Of a stretch of 64,000 bases of DNA, positions 30,701 through 43,100 are shown piece by piece; the stretch's first letter is position 1; each line of letters begins with the position of its first letter. A program made the position numbers and the translations under genes. Location: the IMG/VR virus record IMGVR_UViG_3300020048_000108; one strand, written 5' to 3'. Below the pieces are notes generated by a model. The model was not told where the DNA came from. It worked only from the letters and a program-made list of their open reading frames with translations, and did no database searches. This DNA is from an uncultured virus (IMG/VR IMGVR_UViG_3300020048_000108) (lineage: Duplodnaviria > Heunggongvirae > Uroviricota > Caudoviricetes).

Positions 30701-33700
30701 AGTGCCCTTGTATCAACATTGATAAATGTTGAAGATTCACTATAAGTTGACTGTGGTGCCTGTTGAGTATATGGGACTAATTTAAAAACTTCTATTGGAT
30801 TATTATATGAACCGGTTTTATGATTTGGAGCACAAACTCTAAAACTGACTTTTTTGGATATAAAATTTGGATCGCTCTCTACAGTCTCTCCAATTTCAAA
30901 CTTGCCAGAAATCATTCTAATTTCCAGAAGTTTTGGAATAAAATAGTTACTCACATCTATTCCTTGGAAGAACGGATAAAATTTTGTTACAGGTCTTAAT
31001 CCTTTTACGTCAAATTCGATATTTCTACTTCTCAAATATCTTACTGGTTGAGTATAGTTTGAAATTGATTGTGAAGTAGTATCAGTGGAAACCACTTGAG
31101 GGGGAACAATAATAGATGTAGTATTTTGTGTTTTTTGCGTAGTTGTATTTGTTGTTGATGTTGTACTTGAAGTTGGAGTACCACCTCCAGATGTGGGAGA
31201 CCAATCGATTCCTATTCTATTATTGGAAGTCTTTGATTTAATTTGAGTTATATATTGTGCTGCAACATCAGGAGGAAGAAGTTGGTTAATTAAATCATAA
31301 TCTGCTGCAGTTACAGCATTTTTCCAAACTTCCAGGTGAAGAATATTGCCATTTAAAATTCCAGATTTTCCCAACCTAGTTCCTGCTGCACCTTTCAGAC
31401 CAGTAGTTGAAAAACCACCCGCCCTACTAAATCCACCGGGTTTACAGTTTGTTGAAGAATTATTTTTTATAAGTTTATTGATGTTAGACCAATCATAAGG
31501 ACCAACTCCAGTATTTGGTGATGATGAATTTGTATAAACTATTTTATTCTCAACTACACTGTTTGTAACGGTTGTATTCACATCTAGGTGAGTTTCTGCA
31601 GTTTTTACCTCATTGTAACTTGTGGATGTAACTGCTTTTTCATCAATCCAACTATCGATAGATGGGTAAAGTTGAATTGAACCTGCCCAATATTTTACTA
31701 GGAATGGTGTTACATTTTCAGTTGTTGAAGCATAAGGTTGCTCATAATATAAAATTTCGTCATAGTTCAGTGTAATCAATTCTCCTGTTTTGCGGATATT
31801 TAATGATCCAAGATCATTTACATAACTATGATCTACATTTGGATTGTATGTTTGACCAACTCCAGAAATAGATTCTGATCCCAATTGAAGATCTAAAGAA
31901 GTAGTATAATGCAATGGTCTTAATGTTTTTGTATCACTATCAATTGCAGATCTGAAATATGGATTTTGAAAATCGTGATATTGATGTGTACTGAAATCAT
32001 CTACAAAGAATCCACATTTGAATCTATCAAGTCCAGTAGTAGCATCTTTAATCGAAAAATTTTCCGTTTTACTTTCAAGCATCGAAAGCGTTGTGAATTT
32101 CTCAACTCTTTGAATTCTATCTTCAAGTAAAGAAATATCCGACATTCGATATCTTCTATGCTCTGACATATCAACATTAATGTTCTTTACATCATAAACA
32201 TAAGGTGGGATAAAGACAGTAGCAATGTCTAATACATTCGCCTTTAATGCAGGTGCAGATGGGTTTTCTGCCGACAATCCTTTGGAAACTTCAAATGTGC
32301 CATCCTGATTTAAGAAAACCCTATCGATTCGTGAAAGATAATATGAATATGATGTAATAATAGATTTTCCTGGCGCAAGAATATATTTTGAATATTGACC
32401 GTCACTTGCAAAATTTCTTGTATCAAATTCGAATGGTGATTTTGCTGATAGAGTATATGGGGAGACCCTAGGTCTTATATCGATATAATCAGTAAGTCTC
32501 AAATTCTTATACAAAGGAACATCATTTTTAAATCCATCTGTAGGATAACTATTTGCTGTAATAAATTCTCCAGTATCTGTAGAATCTATTATATAATTTT
32601 GAAATACGATTTTCAATTTCTTTGTGGGTTCTATAACATTACTTTTTCTAGTAATTCTTGAGTAGTCATAGATTGTATCCCTCTGACCATTATCCAATAA
32701 AAAATTTTGTGTGATATTCTTATCACCAAAGGTTTTTGAAGAAATTTGGGCCTGAATTGCAGAATCTTTTCCTTTTACAACTTCACCTTCAGAGAATTCG
32801 AATGTGTTTAAATATACATATTCTAAACTATTTGGGTTTCCATTTGTATCTACTCTGTTAATAACCAATCCAACTGCACCAGAATCCTGCCCGATTATTT
32901 GTTCTCCAATTACGAAATCTCTGTTATTATTTGATGGTCCTGTAAATGAAATTAATCGTAGTACTGGCAACAGTGGATTAGAAATTCCTGAAGATTCATA
33001 TACCGCAAGAACTCTTACAACATCAGGAACGTTTAAACATATTTCTTGATCTTGAACTCTTAGTCCATAAACTTGGGAATATGTTAATCCATCATTTAAT
33101 GTAGTAGTTCCAATCCCAGAAGATGATGATTTTGAATAATTAACAATTAAAGTACTTGCTTTATTTAATTTCTTGGTTTTTGAATTTGGTTTTAAATTCT
33201 TGATCGTTGTAATTACATTTGCTGTTCCGCTGGTTTTTGATAACCCATTAACTGTAAGTACATTTCCTAATGTGTTATCATACTGGTCAAATGTCAATTG
33301 TTCAATCGTACCATCGCTATATGTAATTAATATATTATTATATTCAAAATCATCAAAGTAAAGATCTACATCAAGAGTTCCTGAAGATGGAACTCTTAAA
33401 CTTCCACCAGAAAATGCAATATTGTAAGACCTTCTTTGAAAAATTTCATTGTCATCTAGGCTTAATGAAGATACATTACTTTTATTTAATTGAGTAAGTA
33501 ATGAGGAATCTCTGGATGAAAATGTTGAAGAAATTTTAACTATATTGGAAACTATGGATGCACTTGCTGGTAAATTGCCAGAACAGACTTTTGGAATAGA
33601 TGGTAATGCCCTGATTGTAAAACTAGTAGAACCTGCGCTTATACTATTAACTTTATTATAAACAATATCTTGACCAGTAATTGGATTTGCATAAGAAATA

Positions 33701-35529
33701 ATATCACCAACACTTAAAAGAGTTGCAAAATTGGTTGAAATACCAGCAGTTACTGTGCTAATTCCAGAAGGACCACCACTAATGCTAAACTGAGACCCCA
33801 AAGGAGCAATTAAAGAAGATCTATCTAGAATTAAATCCGCATTAAATGTAGTTAATCCAACAGATCCTGAAGAAAATATTGATTTGACATCAGAAAGTGA
33901 ATAATCTCTAACAGAATTAATTAATCTGCCATTATCGATTCCATTAATTATAATCGGTTCATTTTGTAAAAACTTCCCAGATACTTGATACAATGATAAA
34001 GAATTAGATGATGATACGCTAGATTTTAAATATCCACTCGCATTACTTCTCTTACCTTTGATAAGAGCCGGTGTAGTTTGTGTAATTGTTGTTGTTAGAC
34101 CAATTGTGGTATATGTTTGAACATCAAACAATCTCAAATCAATTCTGCTGAATGAATCAATATATCCCTGTTGTGGAATAAAGTCATAAACTCTTGCCAC
34201 ACCAATTTCAGTTCCTGATGCAATGTATGATGTACCAGATCCACCAACTGCTCCTAGACGATCGCTCATCAATTTAACAGTCGAATCAGTTCCCAGTCCT
34301 ATTGAAGCAGCACCATATGCATTATTAACTACGGCTAAAATACCAGCATTGTATCTAACTACTTGATTTTTAATGGAAGAAGTATCCCGTGGTTTTGATA
34401 CATCCAATAAACGAGAAGATATTGTCTCTACATCATATCCATTTACATATGCCTTTCCTGGACCAATCTGATACACCATCATTTCTTCAGATGGCGCATT
34501 TCCATTTATAGTGGTTTGACCTTCAAAATATACTCCATTACTCAAAACTCTATCATTCAAACTATCTTTTACAAATAGGCTAAATGGTTTGACATAAAAA
34601 TCCCCAGATCCTTCAAATGTTCTTCTTGCCAAATAATCTCTGACTAAATTATATTGCGAATTAACCTCAAAAAATTGAGGAACTCCATTATCTACTCTCA
34701 AAATTTCAACGAAACTATCTGTTTCGTTGTCATCAAGTGCCTTTTTGGTCAATTCCAAATTTAACTGAAATCTATCTGCTCCGGGGGCAGCATAATTTGA
34801 AAATCCTTGGGCATTATCAAATAGACTTTCTTCTTCATCTGATGTTATTACTTTTTCGACAACATTGAGACCAACTTTATACGAAGGTTCCGTTGAATAC
34901 TGTCCAAGAAGAATTGTTTGCTCGTCCACATTGGCAAATATTCCCCTCACAAAATAAGTTCCACTTGATACTTTTACTAAAGAACCTTGTGATGTAGAAT
35001 TGGTTGCAATAGTATTACATATTCCCTGTCCGACCTGAATTGAAAAGTTGCCATAAGTTATTGGATTGGTATCAACAATTAAAGTTTCTCCATCTTGAAA
35101 CAATTTATTCTCAAAATTTTCTCCACCACTTTGATGATAATTGATGTAAAGTGTATAATTTCCTCTTTCAGAATCAGTATTTTTCAACAAATAAACAATC
35201 TCTGCGGTCACGCCGCTAACATAACCCCTAATTTTTTTCTTTATCAGTTGATCAAAATATAATGAGATTGGTGATCCATTAAAATTTGGTTCAATTTCTA
35301 CTGCATAAATTGGATTGTTGTAACTTAATTGCCCACCATACACCCTAGATCCTTCTTTAAAAATATTCTTTCCAAATTGTTCTACTTGGTTTTGTAAAGT
35401 AGACTGGAGTGTAGTTAATTCTCTAGCTTGAACTGGATATCCGGGTTTGAATAATACCCTATAAAAGTTTTTATTGGCATCAAAATCGTCAAAATAAGGA
35501 GAGACGTTAAGATTAGTTTCCTGGGGCAT
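27712..35529 (-). CDS. VrlC-like large virion (baseplate/tail) protein
   Basis: 2605 aa; NVSPYFDDFD...QARELTTLQ, APGADR, DPLAQSF motifs; downstream of gp8. Confidence 0.85.
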   Translation of the reverse strand: MPQETNLNVSPYFDDFDANKNFYRVLFKPGYPVQARELTTLQSTLQNQVEQFGKNIFKEGSRVYGGQLSYNNPIYAVEIEPNFNGSPISLYFDQLIKKKIRGYVSGVTAEIVYLLKNTDSERGNYTLYINYHQSGGENFENKLFQDGETLIVDTNPITYGNFSIQVGQGICNTIATNSTSQGSLVKVSSGTYFVRGIFANVDEQTILLGQYSTEPSYKVGLNVVEKVITSDEEESLFDNAQGFSNYAAPGADRFQLNLELTKKALDDNETDSFVEILRVDNGVPQFFEVNSQYNLVRDYLARRTFEGSGDFYVKPFSLFVKDSLNDRVLSNGVYFEGQTTINGNAPSEEMMVYQIGPGKAYVNGYDVETISSRLLDVSKPRDTSSIKNQVVRYNAGILAVVNNAYGAASIGLGTDSTVKLMSDRLGAVGGSGTSYIASGTEIGVARVYDFIPQQGYIDSFSRIDLRLFDVQTYTTIGLTTTITQTTPALIKGKRSNASGYLKSSVSSSNSLSLYQVSGKFLQNEPIIINGIDNGRLINSVRDYSLSDVKSIFSSGSVGLTTFNADLILDRSSLIAPLGSQFSISGGPSGISTVTAGISTNFATLLSVGDIISYANPITGQDIVYNKVNSISAGSTSFTIRALPSIPKVCSGNLPASASIVSNIVKISSTFSSRDSSLLTQLNKSNVSSLSLDDNEIFQRRSYNIAFSGGSLRVPSSGTLDVDLYFDDFEYNNILITYSDGTIEQLTFDQYDNTLGNVLTVNGLSKTSGTANVITTIKNLKPNSKTKKLNKASTLIVNYSKSSSSGIGTTTLNDGLTYSQVYGLRVQDQEICLNVPDVVRVLAVYESSGISNPLLPVLRLISFTGPSNNNRDFVIGEQIIGQDSGAVGLVINRVDTNGNPNSLEYVYLNTFEFSEGEVVKGKDSAIQAQISSKTFGDKNITQNFLLDNGQRDTIYDYSRITRKSNVIEPTKKLKIVFQNYIIDSTDTGEFITANSYPTDGFKNDVPLYKNLRLTDYIDIRPRVSPYTLSAKSPFEFDTRNFASDGQYSKYILAPGKSIITSYSYYLSRIDRVFLNQDGTFEVSKGLSAENPSAPALKANVLDIATVFIPPYVYDVKNINVDMSEHRRYRMSDISLLEDRIQRVEKFTTLSMLESKTENFSIKDATTGLDRFKCGFFVDDFSTHQYHDFQNPYFRSAIDSDTKTLRPLHYTTSLDLQLGSESISGVGQTYNPNVDHSYVNDLGSLNIRKTGELITLNYDEILYYEQPYASTTENVTPFLVKYWAGSIQLYPSIDSWIDEKAVTSTSYNEVKTAETHLDVNTTVTNSVVENKIVYTNSSSPNTGVGPYDWSNINKLIKNNSSTNCKPGGFSRAGGFSTTGLKGAAGTRLGKSGILNGNILHLEVWKNAVTAADYDLINQLLPPDVAAQYITQIKSKTSNNRIGIDWSPTSGGGTPTSSTTSTTNTTTQKTQNTTSIIVPPQVVSTDTTSQSISNYTQPVRYLRSRNIEFDVKGLRPVTKFYPFFQGIDVSNYFIPKLLEIRMISGKFEIGETVESDPNFISKKVSFRVCAPNHKTGSYNNPIEVFKLVPYTQQAPQSTYSESSTFINVDTRALQLPSEVNYYGEISPNMKLIGKTSGAVATISNIRLVSDNSGRLIGSLYIPDPNVSGNPKWTNGENTFTVIDTISLNQVQSSNSSSVSESSAEAEFTSSGVTNITETNILTTRNIKTISSYNINTTNITNTITNTTTTNTSTSGGSGGPQQIKLWETHDPLAQSFYVKEDTGIFLTSVDVFFETKDDSIPVTFQLRPMINGYPSNIVIPFSEVTLTPDEINITIDGSIPTRITFPSPVYLSGPRQQEIRQAPIGSQQTSEFAMVLLSDSSNYRVFISVLGQTDIQTGIKLSAQPTLGSLFKSQNGSTWSASQLEDLKYRIYRADFVTEGLVRFFNPKLGLKNNKVNVTSANNLLPLSKTVVVGLGSTGYDVNKVIPGVNISQESATGILAGIAGSITIASGVTITTAGIGYTAGTFTNVNLVTETGYGQGATATVGVTVDGSGVNSVTIITGGFGYKQGDSLLLPSIGKNVGYGARVVVSSIGSNNSFVISNVQGTFASGITTLSYTNSSGIVTYIGPGVTVASVTEDQYNDGLHMKIYNQNHGMHSLENYVTISEMRPLNTDTNSKLSTNLTSEEATSISILSSVGFDKFEGVAVSALNPGYVIIGKEIISYTGVSGNNLTTLTRPIDGNQVQSYDVGTYVYKYEFNGISLRRLNKTHNISQVDNNTHKTDIDSFFIKIENSDKDFDNVEIGQNRPDLYFKETVQTGQSGTVISNNIQFEEITPNVAHIIPAKTNITAKIRTFTATSVGSDSVTQPSFVDDGFEDIPLTETTYFARPKLICSEVNESRFIQSSPGNRSLTMEFYMTSNDRRVSPVIDTINVSTVLTSNIINDPVGILTSSNYSYDDNTRSLYDDKHATIYLSKPVRLAVPANSLKVLLSASRNDTNDIRVLYQLFRDDAPDLSENYEFFPGYSNYQTDGNGINQVINSSMNDGSADFYTQQTSDRSFRDYEYSVDELPDFNAFAIKITMAGTNQATPPIVSQLRAIATIKPKTYIS

Positions 35530-35535
35530 GATTCT

Positions 35536-37107
35536 TTAAAATTGCAAAATGACTTTGATATCTTCTTTTTGATTTGGGGACCTAGTAATTGAAGGTCTGT
35601 TATCAACATAAATTACATTTCCAGAATATTTTTTAACTTCTGGATTTGAAATACCACCATTAAAATTTTGACCAAGATAGTATGTCTTATTATTTATTGC
35701 GGTTGTTATACCAGTAAAATTTTCATCGATCAATAAGTTCACTGATCCACCATTAATGGTTAAACTTCCACCAGTACTTGGATAATTTGTAAATCTGACC
35801 AAATTTAATCCATAATTTGGAGAAGTATTCTGGGATTCTCCGGAAGTAAATGCAAATCCAACAAGAGTTTTGTCTTGCCAGTATTTGAGAACACCTGTAC
35901 TTTGATCATAAGACACAACCCTACCGACCGCAGTAATTCCAGTACCTACGGTTTGGGTAATATTTGAATTTGATGCAAAAATTGCAGTATTATATCCACT
36001 ACCTGTCAATTTTAATGCATTTAGTGAACTTGCCTTTTCTAAAGAAAGAATTGATGTAGCATTGTATGCTTGTGGGTTGCAAACTAAACCAACTCGTGCT
36101 ATTTGATTTCCTGTAATAAAATCTGGATTCTGCGTGTCATTTTCAATTCTGGAGTAAATTAAAACATTATATGCACCAAGTTCCCTATAAATATCTGCTC
36201 CATGACCCCCTTGAGGTGGAATAATGACATTGAATGTTGGTTCTACACCTCCAGTATCGATATCTACAGGAACATTGCCACCAATAAGATCTACAGTTCC
36301 GTATGTATACCCGGAACCACCATTTGACACTGTAATTGAATCTACTTTTTGGTTACTGTTGATGAAAATAGTTGCTTCTGCCCCTATCCCGTCTCCTTTG
36401 ATAGGAACTCTTGTATAAGTTCTTCCTGCAATTCCAACTTTAATACCACGATTAGTAATCGTAACAATTTTTAACTGACCATTTGGTGGTGCTGCGTTGA
36501 GTCTAACTGATGTATTTTCGCTATTAGTTTCCCAATCTTTGGGAACGGGCATAAAATTAATAGAATCAAACTTTACAATATCACTTGGTTTGATTGTATA
36601 CAAGTATTTCCAAATATAACCATCACCAGAACTTCCTGCTGCTTTGGGTTCTAAGTCAGCAAATGACGGTTCGTCTAAAGATGGAGATCCCTGTGGATTT
36701 TCTGGTGTAGTTCCATTTTGAAGGCAAATATAAACTTTATAATCTTGATTTACTACATAATAATTTGATGTATATAGACTAAGTGCTTCTGATGGATATG
36801 CTGGTCTATCTCTACTAATATCATGGCGATACATGTCGTATGTTGTTCCAGAAGACCATGTAATTTTGCGAATAACTTGCTTTACATCATCTGCTTTAAT
36901 TTTTTTTAAAGCGATCATAGTATCCCAATAATCATTTTCTTGATCAAAGCAGTCTTTTGGTGCTGGTGGAGTGGTATTCCAATTTATATCATATTCTGTA
37001 GGATTGGTAAGACCTATAAAAGAGTACATTGTAGCATAAGAAGTTGCCGTTGAGACAAAACTTTTTGCATTTAAAATTCTTATTTGATCAGTTATAATTG
37101 CAGACAT
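35536..37107 (-). CDS. gp8: Baseplate wedge subunit
   Basis: YKVYICLQNG, DGYIWKYLY, YVDNRPSITR. Confidence 0.9.
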   Translation of the reverse strand: MSAIITDQIRILNAKSFVSTATSYATMYSFIGLTNPTEYDINWNTTPPAPKDCFDQENDYWDTMIALKKIKADDVKQVIRKITWSSGTTYDMYRHDISRDRPAYPSEALSLYTSNYYVVNQDYKVYICLQNGTTPENPQGSPSLDEPSFADLEPKAAGSSGDGYIWKYLYTIKPSDIVKFDSINFMPVPKDWETNSENTSVRLNAAPPNGQLKIVTITNRGIKVGIAGRTYTRVPIKGDGIGAEATIFINSNQKVDSITVSNGGSGYTYGTVDLIGGNVPVDIDTGGVEPTFNVIIPPQGGHGADIYRELGAYNVLIYSRIENDTQNPDFITGNQIARVGLVCNPQAYNATSILSLEKASSLNALKLTGSGYNTAIFASNSNITQTVGTGITAVGRVVSYDQSTGVLKYWQDKTLVGFAFTSGESQNTSPNYGLNLVRFTNYPSTGGSLTINGGSVNLLIDENFTGITTAINNKTYYLGQNFNGGISNPEVKKYSGNVIYVDNRPSITRSPNQKEDIKVILQF

Positions 37108-37125
37108 TTTTACGTTTTTATCTAT

Positions 37126-40100
37126 TTATGTGATATAATTTTGATATTTTAGGGGATTGTATCTTTGCACAATTGGTGAAGTGCTAATTCCAAGAATACC
37201 ATTGTTATATATTGTAAAAGTCTGTGGATTTGTTCTGTATTGTGCCGAAATTCTTCCCCAACTATATTCACCATACAATCCACTGGATCCAATACCCGTC
37301 AGTCCATTATAACCAGAAACACTCACCGTCACTTTGGCAACATATGTTGTTCCAACTCCAGGAACCGTAGTTTGTGCAATTGATACTGCAGAAACATTAT
37401 AGATATTATCCAAAAATGTGCTTCCAACACCAACGATACTACCTCCAAAGTTAAGAGATGTAACTCCATTACCAACATTTGAATTGTGTATAATAAAGTA
37501 ATATCCCGTTTGAATTCCACTAACAGTAACTGATGTTCCAACAATAGTGGTATCCCTCAGAAAAGAATCTTGTGGAATATATAGATCAAATACAATTCCC
37601 GTAGAAGCAACACCAACTGTTGTTGTTTTTATTCCAGTAATCATTCCAAAATCGCCTTGATAAGTCACCTTAGAAATTATTTCTGTATTGGGAGTTGGGG
37701 GTTCTATTATTACAAGAGGTGGATTTGATGAAGTATATCCAGATCCTGCATTTACTACAAATACGGAAGAAACTGTTCCCCCAATGGAAATTGATGACGT
37801 AAATGTTGCAATAGTTCCTAACCCAACCGGAATAGGATCTCCCTGAGCATATGATGTCATTGGTACAGAAATTCCATATCCAATTGGAGATGCAATTGAT
37901 ACTGCAGGTGGAGTTGAATAACCACTACCACCATGTAAGATTGCAATAGAGTCTATTGTTCCATCAGATGCAACAATAGAAGTTGCAGATGCAGAAACTA
38001 CTGAATTTTGTGATATGATTTTGATCTTATCATTATTTGAATTTAATTCATTTGTCGAATTGAAGAATGTCTTTACACTCTCCACAAATAAAACTGTGGT
38101 AGAGATTCCAACATTTTGAATTAAAGTTGTTGATGGTTGAATAATTGCTTCATATATTTCCCTGTCTTTTGTGGTGGATTGTCCATCAATAATTCTATCT
38201 TCAGTTTGTTTACGCCACAATAATGGCCTCAATAAATTTGGATCATTTGTAATTCCTGGTCCAGAATATAGATTTGTATTAATAACATCACTAGAAATAA
38301 TTTGTGTAACTAATCTTTCATTTTCCTGAAGTAAATCTGAATCTCCATTTATTTTTACATTGTCTCCAACTTTAATGGTTTCAAAAATATCAATATTTAC
38401 GGTATCAACATCACTAGTTCCTTTATAGAAAAGAAGTTTAGACCTATCACCAAATTTGGGTGCTTCTGAAAATATTATAGTACTTCCACCATTGAAAAAA
38501 TAACCTTTACCGGGAACCTGCAAAATATCATTAATAAAAACTAATAAATTTGATTTGATGTCGATATTTGATCCTTTTTTTATTTGAATACTCGTTTGTT
38601 TTTTGTCAATTTTAATTGGAAAAATGATTTTAGACCCGTCAAATAGACTATCAATTGGGTCAAGAACTTGCAAATCTCCAAATGACCATCCGGTAAATTT
38701 ATCACTAAAAGTTCTATCTACTACTATGCGAAATTCTTTAAATGCTAACGACGTATTTGTTGGAATTCCTACTGTTCCTCCGGTTCTAATTGTAAGAATT
38801 TCTCCCTGATTGTAACTATATCCAGAATTTTTAATTTCAAAGTTAATTACACTCGATCCTTGACCAACTATGATATCTACAGTTGCTTCAGTTCCAACTC
38901 CAGTGGATGAAGATGAACTATAAATTAGAGGTATATTAAAATATGATAATGGTGAATCAAATATAACCAAAGGTGGATTGGATCTAGTATAACCAATTCC
39001 TGGATTAGTAATCGCAACACTTACAATACGCCCATCACTGACTGCTGCTGTTCCAATAAATTGAATATCTATCTCACCAACACCCAAAGTAGTGACACCA
39101 ACTCTCACCATTGTTTGAACCCCCACTCTATATCCAGAACCACTATTTCCGATACTAATAGAAGAAATTGTTCCTGATGTAGAAACAACTGCAGTTCCTC
39201 CTGCCGCAACAAGAGGTTGATAACCAAATCCACTAGTAGATCCAACTGAAACGATAATACCACCACGAGGAATATTTTTTGTATTGATATCATATGGTAC
39301 AGAAACAGAACTAAACCCGGTAAAAGTTATACTTGTAATACCAGAATTTTCTACCAAAGAATAATCTACCACAGATCCAAATTTTGAAGGACCTTGGAAA
39401 ATATCATTGATTAAAATAACTGCATTATTTGTGGAAAATCCTACCACATTTGATTTATTTGATTTTAATGTAAATTGGGTATTAAGTCCAACAAATTCGG
39501 ATGAAAGATCATCAAAAACATAATTGTTATAATAAGATTTATTTTGACTATCGGAAATTGCAGATCTTAAAAATACTCTTCCATTAAATGATGAGTAAGT
39601 TGATATTCCAAGATAATCTCTTTGATCCGGAGGATTTGTTGATGTTCCTATGGGAGTTGGTCCATATGGAGCATCAACAAAATTCAAAGTATTTCCCACA
39701 ACATTATAGTCACCAATAACTTTTTTTACTAAAGAACCTAATGCATGTGTTGCTATTGCAGTACCCATCCAAGATCTTTGTACATCAACTCTATTGGTAA
39801 ATGTTCCAACACCAATAGAGTTGATTCTCATTATTTCATTGCTAATTTGAATTAGATCTCCAGCAAAAAATGCAACTATATTTACAAAATCGACATTGCT
39901 AGATGTCGTGCCAATTCCGGAAGAAGTTAATGTGGTAGTTGAAGTTGAAACAATAGGAGATTGAATTGAATTGTCAATTGTTATCAATAATTTGGAATTT
40001 TGATTATTTGAAGTAAATTTGTGAAGAGTACCAATCCCAGCATTAGAAATATTCAAAACTGACGGAATAGTTCTTAAAGATTCTGAAGCAGATGCCGCAA

Positions 40101-43100
40101 CTTTGACATAGATGTCACTTGATTTTACGATATAAACAGTTGATGGAAGTTTATCTGTAACTCCTATTCCAGGAATTGAAGTTGTAGCAATTCCTATTGC
40201 ATTTGTTGTTCCGGTGCTAGAATAAGTATATGTTACTTCCTCTCCAGTCACGAAAAAATGATTCGGTATGCTTATAATATTGTCGCTGGTATTAACTACA
40301 TCAACATCACTTCCATTGAAAATTGTTTCAAATATTGGACGACCCCTGTGATTTAAAACAAAAGATCTTTTGGTGCCAAATTCTTCACTTATATCGTCTA
40401 TAGTAAGAACCCTATTTCCAACTGATTGAATATAATCCTGTAAATTTAGAGAATTAAATATAATTTCATTTGATTTTATATTATTGTCAATATTGATTGT
40501 TGTTTCTCTTGCTAGATCATAATCATTTACATAATTTAAATCAACAAATCCATATAAATCTGTAATTGCAGTAAAATCTCCACCATCCTGTGATGTTTGT
40601 ATCCCAATACTAATATTATTAGACTCAATAATTAAATCACTGAACTTTTTGAATCCAACCGTATGATTGAGATCATTAACTGGTTTGATCCAAGTATCTA
40701 TTGGAATTTCGGATTTTAATGAATATGAGAAGTATTGATAATAATCACTATCGTGAATTCTTTGCAAGTTATTACTCAAAAATCCAGTCTCTTTCTTCCA
40801 TCCATTTCTGGATATTGAAAAGGAATCTACATCATAAATGCATTCGGCAGATGATAATATATCAATAACAACTCCTTGAGTAAAGGATGAATTTCCAGTT
40901 AAAATATCTCCAATATCAAAAACATCTTTGGTTGCTATTTTTAAATATTCACTATTTATATCCAATCTCTGAACAATTCCTTTTGAATTTGATGAATTTG
41001 ATGAAATAGTTTCTCCATCGTAAAAAATATTGGTTCTCAAAATTGGGTTGAATTTTGGGAAATATTTTTCTGGAATAATTCTTCCAGAAGAATTAATTGG
41101 ATCAGAAATTCCAGGAACTTCATCACCAGAAAGATAGTCGGTCATATTGTAAGTTACTGTTCCGTTATTTCCTCCTATGTTTGGATCTGTTGATATTAAA
41201 GTAAATAATGTATAATTGTACCTATCAGAATTATATCCCCTCTCTGTTGATCCTCCCCCAACAGAAACATTTTCAATCAATACTCTATCCCCAACTGCGA
41301 AGGGAAAGGATGTGGAAGTACTATATCCAACACTTAACGTTGCAGTAACATTTTTTGATACTGAATCAAAAACAATACTACTAATACCAACTCCATTAGA
41401 ATTGTTTATTGGTATTATTCTGGGAGTGACGTTATAAATGCCTTTTGTATTTTTTAAAATTTCAACTTGAGAACTTCCGAGTTGATAATTTAGAATAATA
41501 TCAGATACAATTTTATCCGTAAATCCATCCAAAACAACCAAATCTGGAGAAATATAATAGTCTTTCCCTGATGAGGTAATTCCTATAGATTCAAAAGAGT
41601 AAAATGGATCTACCTTTACAATTGTAGGTAATTTTGCAATTGGTCTAATAGTATAGTCCGAAGAATAATCGAATCCAATATCCAAAATCTCTTTCTTGAT
41701 TACAGATCCAATACCAACTCCAATTGTCTTTAGAATAGCACCATTACCACTTTGAGTTTTTATTGAAGAAATTGTAGGTAAACTTATAAAATCATTTCCC
41801 TTAGATGTGACATCTATTGAATGTATTGGTCCATATGCGGAAGAAGAATTGGTGTAATACTTTAAATCTCCTTCCGAGAACGAATAACTAGTTTTTTCTG
41901 CATATTGTAGTATATTATAATTAAAACCAGTTGTAGAAATAGCATTGATTCTATATGATCCATTATATGCACTATCTACTACATTCAATTGATTGTGATT
42001 AACTTGTTCATCATCAACAATGATTTCTTTTTTGCCTATAGTATTATTTTGGATATTTATTGGTTCCAATCTATAGTATAATTTTTTTGGAACATTTTCA
42101 TTTAATGCCAATACTATTTTAGCATCACTTGAGATTCCCACAAAACCGGATCTTACAATCTCAAAGTAAGAATTTGAAGATGTAGAATCAAATTTATTCT
42201 TAAATTTAGAATCTGTATAGAAATTTAAATCAAAAGCAGAATATGAAATTGAGTTTTGATTAAAAGATAATGAAGAATCTGAAACATCAAAAATAATCGT
42301 TTGATTTTTTATTGCATTAATTGGGGGATTGATTTCAAAAATAGTCCCAAAAGATGATGATGTTATATTTACGGTGGTTGGAATTGGTTTTTTTGTCGAG
42401 TAAAGAGTTTCTGAAAGTTTAATTGTATCAGAATCTATTACTATAATATAATAGATTTTTTCATTTAATAATCCACCAGAGGGTGAAGATGATTTGTGAA
42501 TTATTTTTTGACCTTGTGTATATCTATGATTATTAATTTTGATTGTACCATTTTGAATATCGACATCAATACTCGCAAATGATTTTGGATTTGTAACTAG
42601 TCTTCTATTGTAATCATTATATGAAATAACTACGGTCGTAGAAATTCCAGATTTTATATCTACAATTACAGAATCTCCAACAGATAATCCTGTAGTTGAA
42701 GAAGTTGATACTGTTACAATATTCTTACTTACTTGACCTATTAGTGTGTTACTATAATTTGTAACAAAACTATGATATACTCCAGTACCAATTCCTGTAA
42801 AATATAAAAGACCCGTGGAAATAGTTCCAATTCCAGAAAAAGTTCCTGTAGAACCAAGTCCTACTTGTAAAGTGGAGATTCCAATTAAATCATTTGATAT
42901 TTTTGCAACATAAACGATCGAATCATTCAATAAAAATGAATTTGAAACTCCATTGGTTGAGATTGATAACACATTTCCCCCATTAGAAGAATATGATAAC
43001 GAATCTCCAGTATTTAATTTGTGATTTGGTAAATATATTGTTTGTGATGGGATATTAATATATGTAATTCCTGCTCCAGGATTTGAAAAATAAATCGTAC